Shown here piece after piece: positions 36,255-45,574 of a stretch of DNA of 48,984 nt. The DNA lies in the IMG/VR virus record IMGVR_UViG_3300031837_000019; one strand, 5' to 3'. Position 1 is the stretch's first letter, and each line of letters begins with the position of its first letter. The translations under genes and the position numbers were made by a program. The DNA comes from a virus. The notes beneath the pieces were generated by a model, which was not told the origin of the DNA, ran no database searches, and saw only the letters and a list, made by a program, of their open reading frames with translations.

Positions 36255-36410
36255 CTATGAGGTTGTATCGCATTCTTGAGCCTCTTTTGTGTGATAATCC
36301 ATAAGAACTTCTTCAATAGCGGCTTGACAGACAACACAAGGCCCATATTCTTTATGGATTTTGTCATATGTAATTAAATCATCTTCACGGTTGCAGATAT
36401 AGCAACGCAT
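36255..36410 (-). CDS. small zinc-ribbon protein (51 aa, not in the ORF track)
   Basis: MRCYICNREDD..GPCVVCQAAIEE has two CxxC pairs. Its start overlaps the upstream stop (TGATG). Confidence 0.45.
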   Translation of the reverse strand: MRCYICNREDDLITYDKIHKEYGPCVVCQAAIEEVLMDYHTKEAQECDTTS

Positions 36411-36664
36411 CAGATAATCTTAATCCTTGTATCTAGTCCTAGTTCTTTTGCCAAATACGAAATTCGATCTTCAGCTTCATTTAAACGAGCTTGAGCAGCC
36501 TGTTGGGCAACATTTGAAAGGTGGTCAGCTTGAGCCCATCTAAGTTGAGCGCGATTAGTGTCAAGACCCCAAATGGCATCAGAAATCTTTCTAGATAACG
36601 CTCGAAGAGCGTGTTCAGGATCAGAATATTCTTGAACTTCAAATGGTTTTGGCTGATATCGCAT
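36410..36664 (-). CDS. hypothetical protein
   Basis: 84-aa ORF of helical character. Confidence 0.5.
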   Translation of the reverse strand: MRYQPKPFEVQEYSDPEHALRALSRKISDAIWGLDTNRAQLRWAQADHLSNVAQQAAQARLNEAEDRISYLAKELGLDTRIKII

Positions 36665-36685
36665 ATCAGAACCTCCTAGTATAGT

Positions 36686-37075
36686 TTACTGGCCTGTTTC
36701 TACCATTGGGAAATTATCGTCTGCATACTCAAGCACAAATTGACGTTCTGGTAGAGTTTGAAGTGATGCACACATATTCATAAGTCGTTGCCTTACAGAC
36801 AACGGAACAGCATACGGATCAGGGAAAAACCCCACTACATTGTCACATCTAGTGAATAGTGCCGTTTTCTGAGCATCCGTCAAGCCGAAAGGTAGGATAT
36901 TATTCCTATCTTCCCACGGAAGAGTATCGTCTTTTAGCATATCTTTTTCAAAAATACCGTACACACCATAAAGTTTAGAACTAACATCATACCCATACTT
37001 ATTGATCAAGATTTGTTCTAGTACAAAAGGAAGATCATGTCTAAGTTTAAGTGTTCGCTTGATTGGATTAGGCAT
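36686..37075 (-). CDS. hypothetical protein
   Basis: The ATG at 37075 overlaps the ATP-grasp stop by 8 nt. The track start at 37204 lies inside the ATP-grasp gene. Confidence 0.5.
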   Translation of the reverse strand: MPNPIKRTLKLRHDLPFVLEQILINKYGYDVSSKLYGVYGIFEKDMLKDDTLPWEDRNNILPFGLTDAQKTALFTRCDNVVGFFPDPYAVPLSVRQRLMNMCASLQTLPERQFVLEYADDNFPMVETGQ

Positions 37076-37817
37076 TGGCAAGTGCTGTAAGGGCTGCGGC
37101 GTATGCAGGGACTGTTTCCCCTTCAATACCCGGTGCAGTATTGACTTCAAGGACATAGAAATTTCCCAACTTATCCTCAATGATGTCCACGGCCCCGAAG
37201 TCAAGTCCGAGCGCCCGAACGGCGTCTACCCCCAACTCATCCCGAGTTTCGTTGGGGGGAATATTCTTACGTTGATAAATAAATCCATTCTTCCAAGACC
37301 TGACCTTCCAATTGGTCGGCTCTCTTTTTGGGTCTCGAATCTTTCTATGAGTAGCGAATGCACCAAGACAAGTTGCATGAACTCTGAATTCTTTGTCTTT
37401 GAATATGTATTTAGTATACAATTTGGAATCTACAAGCTCATCACCCGGTTCCATTATAACGATACCAGCACCTTCATGACCTGTCAAGATCGTCCGAGCA
37501 ACTACTGTATCACCATTATCTAACCACTCTTGGGCTATAGCCTTATTCTCAGTCCAAGGAACAGTCTGAACTCCGGCATTAGTTAGATAGTGAAAGGTTT
37601 TTCGTTTATTAACAGCTTTATAGATTGCTTCACAAGAATTAATATGAATGTGATTAGGAAGGTGCGGCCAAGCCTTATCGTCACCAACGCCCCATGAGAT
37701 AACTACATCACCTTCTTCGACAAGCTTACCGAGACGCATACGACGGAACCCTTGTTCCTTAGACAAGAAGTAGGCACCTTCAGAGGGGCGGTTCCCAGAG
37801 AATACCCAGAGTGTCAT
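37068..37817 (-). CDS. ATP-grasp carboxylate-amine ligase (RimK-like)
   Basis: VVARTILTGHEGAGIVI, KEFRVH and GLDFGAVDII..FYVLEVNTAPG are typical ATP-grasp elements. The ATG at 37817 overlaps the upstream stop (ATGA). Confidence 0.75.
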   Translation of the reverse strand: MTLWVFSGNRPSEGAYFLSKEQGFRRMRLGKLVEEGDVVISWGVGDDKAWPHLPNHIHINSCEAIYKAVNKRKTFHYLTNAGVQTVPWTENKAIAQEWLDNGDTVVARTILTGHEGAGIVIMEPGDELVDSKLYTKYIFKDKEFRVHATCLGAFATHRKIRDPKREPTNWKVRSWKNGFIYQRKNIPPNETRDELGVDAVRALGLDFGAVDIIEDKLGNFYVLEVNTAPGIEGETVPAYAAALTALANA

Positions 37818-38698
37818 GAAGCTTCCTTCCATGTGGAGCAGAAGGCTAAATCTTGAGCATTCCGCATACCACGTTTGAGCATATTTTCATAGCCATCAAC
37901 AGTTAAATATTTACGAGACATAGGCCCTAGCACATCTTCTAGAAATCCTTTAGGGCCTGTTAGACTAAATTTACGAATAATTTCAGCCGGATTAGTATAA
38001 TTTCTTGCCCGTTCTTTCATTGTCTGAAGTGTCTTGATCCAATGAATAATACGTCCATAATGGATTGAACACTCCATTGCACGAAACTCAATTGATCCAT
38101 ACTTTAGTAGGCTAGCGAAGTTGACAGATGCATAACGATCATCAATCTCAATACCGAAGAAATTATTTCCATTCTGAATAGACCTAATAAGACCGACGGC
38201 AATACCGTAAGCGTCTGTCACTCTAAGACAGAAATTATTACCAATTCGATGATCTCCGGCTTGTGATGTTAGGAGTTCATCAAGAGTGATAGACAGGACC
38301 ATCATATTATATATGGTTCGGTAAGTCTCGTGGGCAAAGTTCAAATGCACATGAACTGAAGTACGGTATGAATCATACACAACAGCCGGGGGCGTTTTAA
38401 TAAAATCCAGGAGAATTGCTAGAGAAATCTCAATATTCTCAAATGTCATCGGATGTTTAGATACGTACTCTATACACTCATCTCCATGGCTGAGTGCTCT
38501 CAAAGAATTCTCAGGATGAACTACCCAATATCTGGATATATTGGCAGATTTCTTTGAGATATTCTGACCTTCAAGTTCAATCTCAACGCCGAATGCGTCA
38601 GCGTGATTTCTGGCCTCAGAGTGAATAGGGATTTGCTCAATAAGTTTCCTATTGAGTTGCATGGGAAGCGTGTACACCACTATTCTCCTCAATTGCAT
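37814..38698 (-). CDS. glutamine-synthetase-like amidoligase (Amidoligase_2-type)
   Basis: FGVEIELEG near the N-terminus, VHVHLNF, and GSIEFRAME near the C-terminus. The start could instead be 38662. Confidence 0.65.
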   Translation of the reverse strand: MQLRRIVVYTLPMQLNRKLIEQIPIHSEARNHADAFGVEIELEGQNISKKSANISRYWVVHPENSLRALSHGDECIEYVSKHPMTFENIEISLAILLDFIKTPPAVVYDSYRTSVHVHLNFAHETYRTIYNMMVLSITLDELLTSQAGDHRIGNNFCLRVTDAYGIAVGLIRSIQNGNNFFGIEIDDRYASVNFASLLKYGSIEFRAMECSIHYGRIIHWIKTLQTMKERARNYTNPAEIIRKFSLTGPKGFLEDVLGPMSRKYLTVDGYENMLKRGMRNAQDLAFCSTWKEAS

Positions 38699-39302
38699 CC
38701 GAAAGGTGTTCAGTTAAATAAGAATAGTTATCAACTAATTTAAAATCTTTCAAATTCTGTGTAAATCCGACGGGTTTTCCACGGTATTCTAGAGTAAAAT
38801 CACCGCGGATTGCATTAGGTTGCAACGCGAAATCTTTATGAAATGCAACTATCTTGCGTTTTTCAGTTCGTAATATCTCTTCTGCCGAGAGAATTGTCGG
38901 GTAACTATTAGAGAGCATCATAACTATCGATTTACTGAAAGTAAAATCATCATTAACATACCCACTATAATGAGAGTGCCAACTTAATTGATCTCTTCTC
39001 AAACCTTGTCGCCACTGACGCACAGCTCGACGATACCACCAAATTGCTGCTTCACTCGAATTAGCATATCCGATTGCGTAGTCTCGATAAGATAAGTTAG
39101 GATCATTATTTAAATCGATAGACTTAATACAACCAGTAATACCACTTACAACTAGATGATAGGTCCAGACTTCAGGATTCTCTTTTGACTGAACACAGCC
39201 ACAATCTTTAACGTACATAGGCACCCCATCATAATAGATGATGGTCGAAACAAACTTTGTATGGATATCGTTTAGGTTATCAAACTGACATCTAGCCGTC
39301 AT
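38649..39302 (-). CDS. hypothetical protein within the ligase operon
   Basis: 217 aa; TAATG coupling to the upstream gene; no motif recognised. Confidence 0.55.
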   Translation of the reverse strand: MTARCQFDNLNDIHTKFVSTIIYYDGVPMYVKDCGCVQSKENPEVWTYHLVVSGITGCIKSIDLNNDPNLSYRDYAIGYANSSEAAIWWYRRAVRQWRQGLRRDQLSWHSHYSGYVNDDFTFSKSIVMMLSNSYPTILSAEEILRTEKRKIVAFHKDFALQPNAIRGDFTLEYRGKPVGFTQNLKDFKLVDNYSYLTEHLSDAIEENSGVHASHATQ

Positions 39303-40129
39303 TAAGCCACCTTCGGTAGTGGCTCCAAGCCGAGATCATAGTAGATCACGCTTTCAGGCCAATTTGTTTCGTTATTGTCTATAATACTACGAGCAAGATC
39401 ACCATAGAAATCTTCTGCCCAATTATCTGAGAAAGCGTCTGCCATTGCGCATTGCACAGAGTTATAAATCCATCGCATCAGCGGTTCTGAGTCGAGCCAT
39501 TTGTTTGAGAGCACACGATATTCGATGCCATACGGCTTTGGTCGGAAGGCCCCTGCTCGTCCGTAGAGTTTACGCCGTATGCTGTCCCTATCCCAAAGAA
39601 CAGAATATACACCGATATAATGATCAAGTTGCCTAGCAATACGGCAGGCATATATGAAGGTTTCTTTGTCTTCAATGTCGAGGTCATTCGACCATCCTAT
39701 ATGTATATGCCCTGCAGCGGTCCTGAATGGCTCACCACCGGGGTTTGGTCTTGGGTTGATATCCATGGTCCATGCATTAAAGTCTGGCATACAGCCCAGC
39801 TCCTGGGCGTAAGACGGGACCTCCCATCTGAAATACCCTGCATCATACCGGGCCACTGGCTCCGCTACAACATTATAACCGGGGACCATCTCTGTGAGTG
39901 TCTTACGGACAGACGTGATATTACGTACGAACTCGTCAATCGTTGACGCTGGATCGATATTAAACTCAAGAGCAGTTCCATCAACTTGAACCGCCCCATT
40001 TAGGACCTTATAAGGTTTAGCCTTAGTCCCCGGAATGCGGCCGTGGGCAGACACAAAAGACCCATTATCTGGGTCTCTCATAAACAGTTCAGGATCAGCC
40101 CCAATGAGGACTGTGTTCTTGATATTCAT
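39302..40129 (-). CDS. phage-type COOH-NH2 ligase (GCS2-like, phiEco32-like family)
   Basis: N-terminal IGADPELFM, later AAGHIHIGW, matching my recollection of the phage COOH-NH2 ligase type 2 family. Confidence 0.6.
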   Translation of the reverse strand: MNIKNTVLIGADPELFMRDPDNGSFVSAHGRIPGTKAKPYKVLNGAVQVDGTALEFNIDPASTIDEFVRNITSVRKTLTEMVPGYNVVAEPVARYDAGYFRWEVPSYAQELGCMPDFNAWTMDINPRPNPGGEPFRTAAGHIHIGWSNDLDIEDKETFIYACRIARQLDHYIGVYSVLWDRDSIRRKLYGRAGAFRPKPYGIEYRVLSNKWLDSEPLMRWIYNSVQCAMADAFSDNWAEDFYGDLARSIIDNNETNWPESVIYYDLGLEPLPKVA

Positions 40130-41254
40130 TTAGACTCCATAGGCGGCTATTTCGTAGATTTCCTGAGTGTCATAACAGTCGCCACAAATGAACGGGGTGT
40201 GATAACCATGATAAGGCCCAATGACATAAATGAGATCACCCCAAACGATGTCCGTTTTATTGCAGAACGCACACCCTTCAGCAACCATCGGGGTAAACTT
40301 CTTCTTGTTGATAACGAAGCCTTTGTTATCTTTGTACGGGGCTCGAAATCGTCCCTCACGATAGGGCCTATCACTAAACGGAACTGGATCGTTGATCTTA
40401 AAATTAGCAGTAGAGGCCGTATTCTGCGTTCCAGTCACGAGCTTCTTTTGAAAATTGTTCGACGATCCTTTCTTCAAATTTGAAGAAGAATGGCCTTCGT
40501 AAACCCAGGTGTACTTACCCTCTATCTTCTCCTGACCCGGAAAGTCAAACTTATCCGATATCATGGCGGGGATAGTCCAGCTATAGTGGGTGTCTTCCGT
40601 AACACTAAAAATAAGGTCCTCACCTTCTTTGTCTTTAACAATATCCTTGTCATTGCGATCAAGGATATATTTCATAAGGCCCATTTCAGAAGACCAAATA
40701 AGTGTGCTTCGATCTTTAGAGTATGTATAGTATAGTGGTCTACGATCATTGCGTATGAAATTTATCGTATTATTACGACGATCATACCAAGTCAAAGCCC
40801 AAGCGCCCATAAGACTCTCAATCGTATCTTTGACAGATCGTTCATTCAGTGTCGCAATAATCGCTTCAGAATCGGTACCGAACCTATCAGAATGGTGTAG
40901 GTCAGCTAAGCACCACTTTTCTAGTGTCCCATTGTGTGCGCCAACGATATGTTCAAACTGAAACGGGTGCGCATTGGCTTCTGTCTTCTCACCAACTGTG
41001 GCAAAACGATTATGACCAATAATAACCTTAGGTGGCACAGTGGATTTATCCATCGCATCCTCAAAATCTTTTTCAGCTAACAGAATAAAGGGATGTCCTG
41101 GTTTTTTAATTACTTTGAAACTAGAATCATATCGACTAACAAAAGCTGCGCCAGTAGCATGTGGACCTCTAACCACATCAAAAATAAGCAATTCTTGAAA
41201 TACGTCTTTCCATTTGCCAGTTGTATCGCCGGCAATCCCAACTAAGCCGCACAA
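40130..41254 (-). CDS. class II (Ntn) glutamine amidotransferase with C-terminal zinc ribbon
   Basis: MCGLVGIAG places the nucleophile Cys at position 2. GHNRFAT, AHPF. C-terminal CAFC..CGDC. Confidence 0.75.
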   Translation of the reverse strand: MCGLVGIAGDTTGKWKDVFQELLIFDVVRGPHATGAAFVSRYDSSFKVIKKPGHPFILLAEKDFEDAMDKSTVPPKVIIGHNRFATVGEKTEANAHPFQFEHIVGAHNGTLEKWCLADLHHSDRFGTDSEAIIATLNERSVKDTIESLMGAWALTWYDRRNNTINFIRNDRRPLYYTYSKDRSTLIWSSEMGLMKYILDRNDKDIVKDKEGEDLIFSVTEDTHYSWTIPAMISDKFDFPGQEKIEGKYTWVYEGHSSSNLKKGSSNNFQKKLVTGTQNTASTANFKINDPVPFSDRPYREGRFRAPYKDNKGFVINKKKFTPMVAEGCAFCNKTDIVWGDLIYVIGPYHGYHTPFICGDCYDTQEIYEIAAYGV

Positions 41255-41898
41255 AGGTTAGTAATCTCGGCAAGATACTGAACCATCAGACCAATACAAT
41301 AGCTGGCAAAAGCAGTATTAGGGACGTATTCAGGGTGCCCTTGGATACAAAGGCTGTGTGTATTAGGGTAGTAAACAATTTCAATATCATCCTTGATCTT
41401 CCCTCGAATTTCGGCATATTCACACCGCTTAAGTGTTGACTCATTAGCAATAGCAAGAATGATGGCATCTTTACCGGGTATCATCATTTGATGATGCGTC
41501 GATGTGCATTTCATGATCACTCCCATTTCTAGGACTGTCATGTCGTGATCATGTTCATGATTGTTAACATCTTGCCAGAGAGAGCCGCCATTTAAACAAT
41601 TAAGAAGCTGAGCTCCCCGACAAATACCCACCTTCAACTTAGGTGCATCACGAACACTATTAAAAATATCAATCTCTAATTTATCCCGTATACTTGGCAT
41701 TTTTTGATGTGTATAGATAGGGTTCTCATTATAAATAGATGTAGCAATGTCTTCACCGCCATTAAAAACAATAATATCTACTTCTAACAAATTCTCAGGA
41801 TTAACATTAATCATACCCTCATTTTGGAGGAGATGAGCCATAGACCCACCATAATCTCCATCGTATATAGAACAAAAGGTAGTTTGTTTATTGACCAT
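41242..41898 (-). CDS. class I glutamine amidotransferase / peptidase C26-like (gamma-glutamyl hydrolase type)
   Basis: GICRGAQLLN (nucleophile elbow) and IQGHPEY (His-x-Glu). Confidence 0.75.
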   Translation of the reverse strand: MVNKQTTFCSIYDGDYGGSMAHLLQNEGMINVNPENLLEVDIIVFNGGEDIATSIYNENPIYTHQKMPSIRDKLEIDIFNSVRDAPKLKVGICRGAQLLNCLNGGSLWQDVNNHEHDHDMTVLEMGVIMKCTSTHHQMMIPGKDAIILAIANESTLKRCEYAEIRGKIKDDIEIVYYPNTHSLCIQGHPEYVPNTAFASYCIGLMVQYLAEITNLCAA

Positions 41899-42769
41899 TA
41901 ATCAATGCCTCGTACATTATGAATTGTTGTTGAAGTACCTGGGGGATATCTGCTTGAGGCATAAATTCATCACCGATATTTGCAAAAACCACCGGTTCTG
42001 CTGGCGCAATATCTATCAGCTTATCACCTTTATTACGTCTTGTACGGCTAGGCGCGATGACCTGAGAAGTTTTCTCAACACCATAGAAATAGATAATCTC
42101 TTCATCAGTCATCTCTATCATAAATTTATTGTTCCTACGACCCCAGATAATATTACATGGGGTACATCCTGACGGATCAATTTTAAAGGAGTCAGAAGAT
42201 GAACAGACTTCACCTCTCAAAATACTTAACCAATCAGATGTCGTATCAAACCAGAGGTGCTCTCCTATCTCTTCAACATTATGTAAATAAGACAAAAGAA
42301 AAGCCATTGTTGGCCCTACTCCAGATTTAACTAGGCGGTCCCATTCAAAAAGAAGTATTCTATGCTCAATTGGAACCCTAGTTGCGATACAATAATTGTA
42401 CAAAACATTTGCAGGCCATTTATCAAGATCAGAACAATGGATGAAATATTGACCATCAATACTCTCTATTGATATAAGGTCTGACCAGCCCTTAAATGGT
42501 CCAGAAATCAGCATACGTTGGTATGCAACATCAATGGGCTTTTTATTAGGCATAGCAGTTATCAGGTGATCAAACCCACTATCTAAATCGACCATATCAG
42601 AATGGCATACTCTTAGAGTTTTCAGATGAATGTCGAGGCAGTCCTCCGTCCATACCACCCAAGATGATGGGGTATTATTATCAATAGAACAATAACTATT
42701 AAAAAGTTCTGGGAGATATTTATCAACGATACAATCAGAGATTTTATTTTTCAGTATTTCTTGTACCAA
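41888..42769 (-). CDS. hypothetical protein, first gene of the ligase operon
   Basis: 293 aa; TTG start with AAGAAGG upstream; no motif recognised. Confidence 0.55.
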   Translation of the reverse strand: MVQEILKNKISDCIVDKYLPELFNSYCSIDNNTPSSWVVWTEDCLDIHLKTLRVCHSDMVDLDSGFDHLITAMPNKKPIDVAYQRMLISGPFKGWSDLISIESIDGQYFIHCSDLDKWPANVLYNYCIATRVPIEHRILLFEWDRLVKSGVGPTMAFLLSYLHNVEEIGEHLWFDTTSDWLSILRGEVCSSSDSFKIDPSGCTPCNIIWGRRNNKFMIEMTDEEIIYFYGVEKTSQVIAPSRTRRNKGDKLIDIAPAEPVVFANIGDEFMPQADIPQVLQQQFIMYEALINGQ

Positions 42770-42883
42770 TGTTGACCTTCTTTAATGGAGTTAAACTCAA
42801 CATTAAAGGAAACATATATATATATAAACTATATATTATATTATATATTAATATATACCCTCCTTAAGGGCCTCCTAAGAGAT

Positions 42884-42911
42884 ATTATATCTTATATTTT
42901 TGGTCTGTCAA
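42884..42911 (-). promoter_or_regulatory. consensus sigma70 promoter (TTGACA-16-TATAAT) for the ligase operon
   Basis: On the - strand, TTGACA at 42911-42906, 16-nt spacer, TATAAT at 42889-42884. An AT-rich leader follows. Confidence 0.7.
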
Positions 42912-43339
42912 GCAGCAACGACAGAGAATTCCTCCGGATTTTCGTCAAAGGACATCCAAGTCTTAGATTCGTCACGTACAAAGAACCCCTGTGTCATCCC
43001 ACGAGGTGCACATTCACCAATCTTGAAGAATCCCGCGTCTTTGATAGCTTCCATGATCTTCTTGGAATGTAGTTGATCATAGTTGAGTGTCAAAAACGTT
43101 AAACTGGGGTTGATGCGTTCTCCAGCATATACTTGAAAATCGGGGATAGGCCCCTGATTTTGATCACAAATTTGTGAAATCTGTGAGGTCAACTCTTCTT
43201 GCGTAAGCATTTTAACATTTTTAAAACCAGAGATAATCGATGCCCCGCAGCATAGTGGCCATAACTGACGTCGCATCTCATCGGGGAAGTTACCGAGCTT
43301 AAATGTCTGTTCAAACTCTTTCGGTAGATCAGTCTTCAT
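42908..43339 (-). CDS. hypothetical protein
   Basis: 143-aa ORF with AGGAA upstream. Confidence 0.55.
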   Translation of the reverse strand: MKTDLPKEFEQTFKLGNFPDEMRRQLWPLCCGASIISGFKNVKMLTQEELTSQISQICDQNQGPIPDFQVYAGERINPSLTFLTLNYDQLHSKKIMEAIKDAGFFKIGECAPRGMTQGFFVRDESKTWMSFDENPEEFSVVAA

Positions 43340-43439
43340 AGCTTATTTCCTCAAATATTTCAGTGTAATATAGTACAAAATAACATATCGCAATAAACAC
43401 CATGAATACATTCTTAATATATTCCCTCATGTCCCCTCT

Positions 43440-43913
43440 CTATGGGGGCGGAACCCGGTTGGCCTGGGCGGTTACAGCCCGCGCCACAATTTCGCAGTCC
43501 ACAAGGCTCAAGATGCTTCCAGCCGCTTCAAACGCGCAGTAGATGACAGAAGCCTCTTTGGACCAAGGGGGTCCAGGAAGTTTATCCGCTGAAAGGTTTT
43601 TAAACCGTCGTTTGGCGACCTCGCTTTCCTCCGCTAGCAACTCGACGCCATACTCCAGCGTGCGCCGGATGACAGCGAGCCGCTCGCGGAGGAGTTCTCG
43701 CTGTTCGTGCTCAAATCGCCGGAACTTCTCTTGCCCCATCAGGAAGTGCGCCACATTGAGGCGGTGTGCCAGCACGGCCTCTTCGTGATCAATGCGCATC
43801 CGCAGCCCGCGGAGGTAATCGCGCAACAATTCCACGTCATACACCCGGCCGCTAGACCCCTCGCGGTAAGCTTTCGCCAGCACCGCTGCCTCGTATCTCT
43901 CAGTGTCGGTCAT
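43440..43913 (-). CDS. hypothetical protein on a sharp GC-rich island
   Basis: 157 aa; AAAGGAGA SD upstream; Arg/Glu/Leu-rich and helical. Confidence 0.55.
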   Translation of the reverse strand: MTDTERYEAAVLAKAYREGSSGRVYDVELLRDYLRGLRMRIDHEEAVLAHRLNVAHFLMGQEKFRRFEHEQRELLRERLAVIRRTLEYGVELLAEESEVAKRRFKNLSADKLPGPPWSKEASVIYCAFEAAGSILSLVDCEIVARAVTAQANRVPPP

Positions 43914-43946
43914 TGATCAATCTCCTTTCTGTGGTGTTATTACTAT

Positions 43947-44792
43947 TTAAGACATGAAAATTTTAAGGAATATTTCTTTCTGAGCAGTCTCTTCAGCAGA
44001 CCTAGCAGCAGATTCAGCGCCATACCTAGCAGACCAATTAACAGACTCAGCAGCAGACCTAGCAGACCAAGCAGCAGACTCAGCAGCAAACCTAGCAGCC
44101 TCAGTAGCACACCTAGCAGACCAAGCAGCACACCTAGCAGACCCAGCAGCAGACTCAGCAGCCTGAGCAGCACACCTAGCAGACCAAGCAGCAGACTCAG
44201 CAGCATACCTAGCAGACCTAGCAGCAGACCTAGCAGCAGACCTAGCAGCAGACCTAGCAGACTCAGCAGCAGTCTCAGCAGCAGACATAGCAGACCTAGC
44301 AGCAGACCTAGCAGCAGACTCAGCAGCAGACTCAGCAGCAGACTCAGCAGCAGACTCAGCAGCAGACCTAGTAGCAAACCTAGCAGACCTAGCAGACTCA
44401 GCAGCATACCTAGCAGACCTAGCAGCAGACTCAGCAGCAGTCTCAGCAGCAGACATAGCAGCAGACCCAGCAGCAGACCCAGCAGCAAACAAAGCAAACT
44501 CAGAAGCAGCCCTATCGGCTGTAATATCAAGCCAATTTTGAGTCGCATCCAGGGCGACTTTTACTCTTTGGTCTGTATTATGGTGCTGAACACGTTGAGA
44601 ACACAGAAGAGCAAACTGAACACATTCACATTTCATACTTAAACGTCCGGCTACCCACAGAAGATCTGGTATTAAAACACCGAATTCTATAGCCTGTTTG
44701 GCGTTTAAATATTTACGACGCCCGAAGTTAGGAATTTTAGCTAATGAACAAGGCTCTAGGGCGACGATCTCTTCATATGTTAGCTTAATCAT
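43947..44792 (-). CDS. Ala/Ser repeat protein with helical N-terminal domain
   Basis: The ATG at 44792 is preceded by GAGGGG. The N-domain (LLWVAGRL..CVQFALLCSQRVQHHNTDQRVKVALDATQNWL) is followed by about 170 aa of SAA(E/R/W)/SAR repeats. Confidence 0.65.
   Translation of the reverse strand: MIKLTYEEIVALEPCSLAKIPNFGRRKYLNAKQAIEFGVLIPDLLWVAGRLSMKCECVQFALLCSQRVQHHNTDQRVKVALDATQNWLDITADRAASEFALFAAGSAAGSAAMSAAETAAESAARSARYAAESARSARFATRSAAESAAESAAESAAESAARSAARSAMSAAETAAESARSAARSAARSAARSARYAAESAAWSARCAAQAAESAAGSARCAAWSARCATEAARFAAESAAWSARSAAESVNWSARYGAESAARSAEETAQKEIFLKIFMS
43990..44510. repeat. imperfect in-frame tandem repeats (9-, 12- and 15-nt units)
   Basis: For example, four perfect copies of gcagcagactca at 44311-44358; many agcagacct and agcagcagacct variants. 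Confidence 0.9.
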
Positions 44793-45060
44793 GATTATTA
44801 CCCCTCTGATGAATTTTAGAGAGCAGTTTAAGGACATGCTCAGGTCAGAGGCTCATTTACTTAAGCAGAGCAGCGATATTAGCAGACACACGACGAGCAT
44901 CTGTGGATTCATCTTGATGTTCTCCGATCTGAAGATTCAAGTTAGCCACTACATCCGTCTTACGTTGCGCCTCATAAAAATGATGCTCAGCAACAGCATT
45001 GAGCTTATGTGGGGCTACCAAAAAGAAAGAGGCGAATACGCTTGAGTAGTTCCAGCATGA

Positions 45061-45393
45061 TTAAGCTGCGATGGCCTCAACAGTAGAAGTATCTTCATTG
45101 TACTTCGCCGCAAGCGTAAGAGCAGCTTCAGCAAGATACGAAGATACCTCATCCGGTGAGGCGGGCTGAAGTTCAATGCTGTGTCCATTGTGCATGGCCC
45201 ACCAGTTGTGCTTGGCGAGCCAGTTGTTAGTGCCGTAATGATATAGATCGACGATCCGTTCACCCATTGGGTGGCCGGTAATTGCGTCAAAAGTTCTTAC
45301 GACGAAATAAAGATTAGATGAGGAATGGCTGTTAGAAGTGGCCGGTTGTTGATCGGCGGCCTTATCGACTTGCTTCGACATGTGTTTTCCCAT
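45061..45393 (-). CDS. hypothetical protein
   Basis: ATG at 45393 or 45381. The track start at 45447 would include the terminator-like hairpin. Confidence 0.5.
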   Translation of the reverse strand: MGKHMSKQVDKAADQQPATSNSHSSSNLYFVVRTFDAITGHPMGERIVDLYHYGTNNWLAKHNWWAMHNGHSIELQPASPDEVSSYLAEAALTLAAKYNEDTSTVEAIAA

Positions 45394-45412
45394 GAGTTTG
45401 GGTTGATGTGAA

Positions 45413-45436
45413 AAATAGAGACAGCAAGCTCTATTT
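45413..45436 (-). terminator. AT-rich hairpin with T run (weak terminator candidate)
   Basis: On the - strand: AAATAGAG-cttgctgt-CTCTATTT followed by TT. Confidence 0.4.
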
Positions 45437-45574
45437 GTTAATAGCAAGTCAGTTGTATGAGTGGTTTAAGGTTGCGTAATGGCCCACCCCGAGTATGTGT
45501 GGTGTTTCCGTTTCCCCTCACACAAAACGCAAAGAATTCCATCAATGCGCCTTGCTCATCTAACTGAGCAATAG

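Noticed and set aside
43990-44510. Possible CRISPR array
   Set aside because: The units are 9-15 nt, contiguous, in frame and without unique spacers. This is a coding tandem repeat, not repeat-spacer architecture.
43943-44548. 201-aa poly-Leu ORF (LLGLLLSLL..) on the - strand
   Set aside because: It is an alternative frame of the same tandem repeats that encode the Ala/Ser repeat protein. It lacks a non-repeat domain and an SD, so it is a frame artefact of the repeat.
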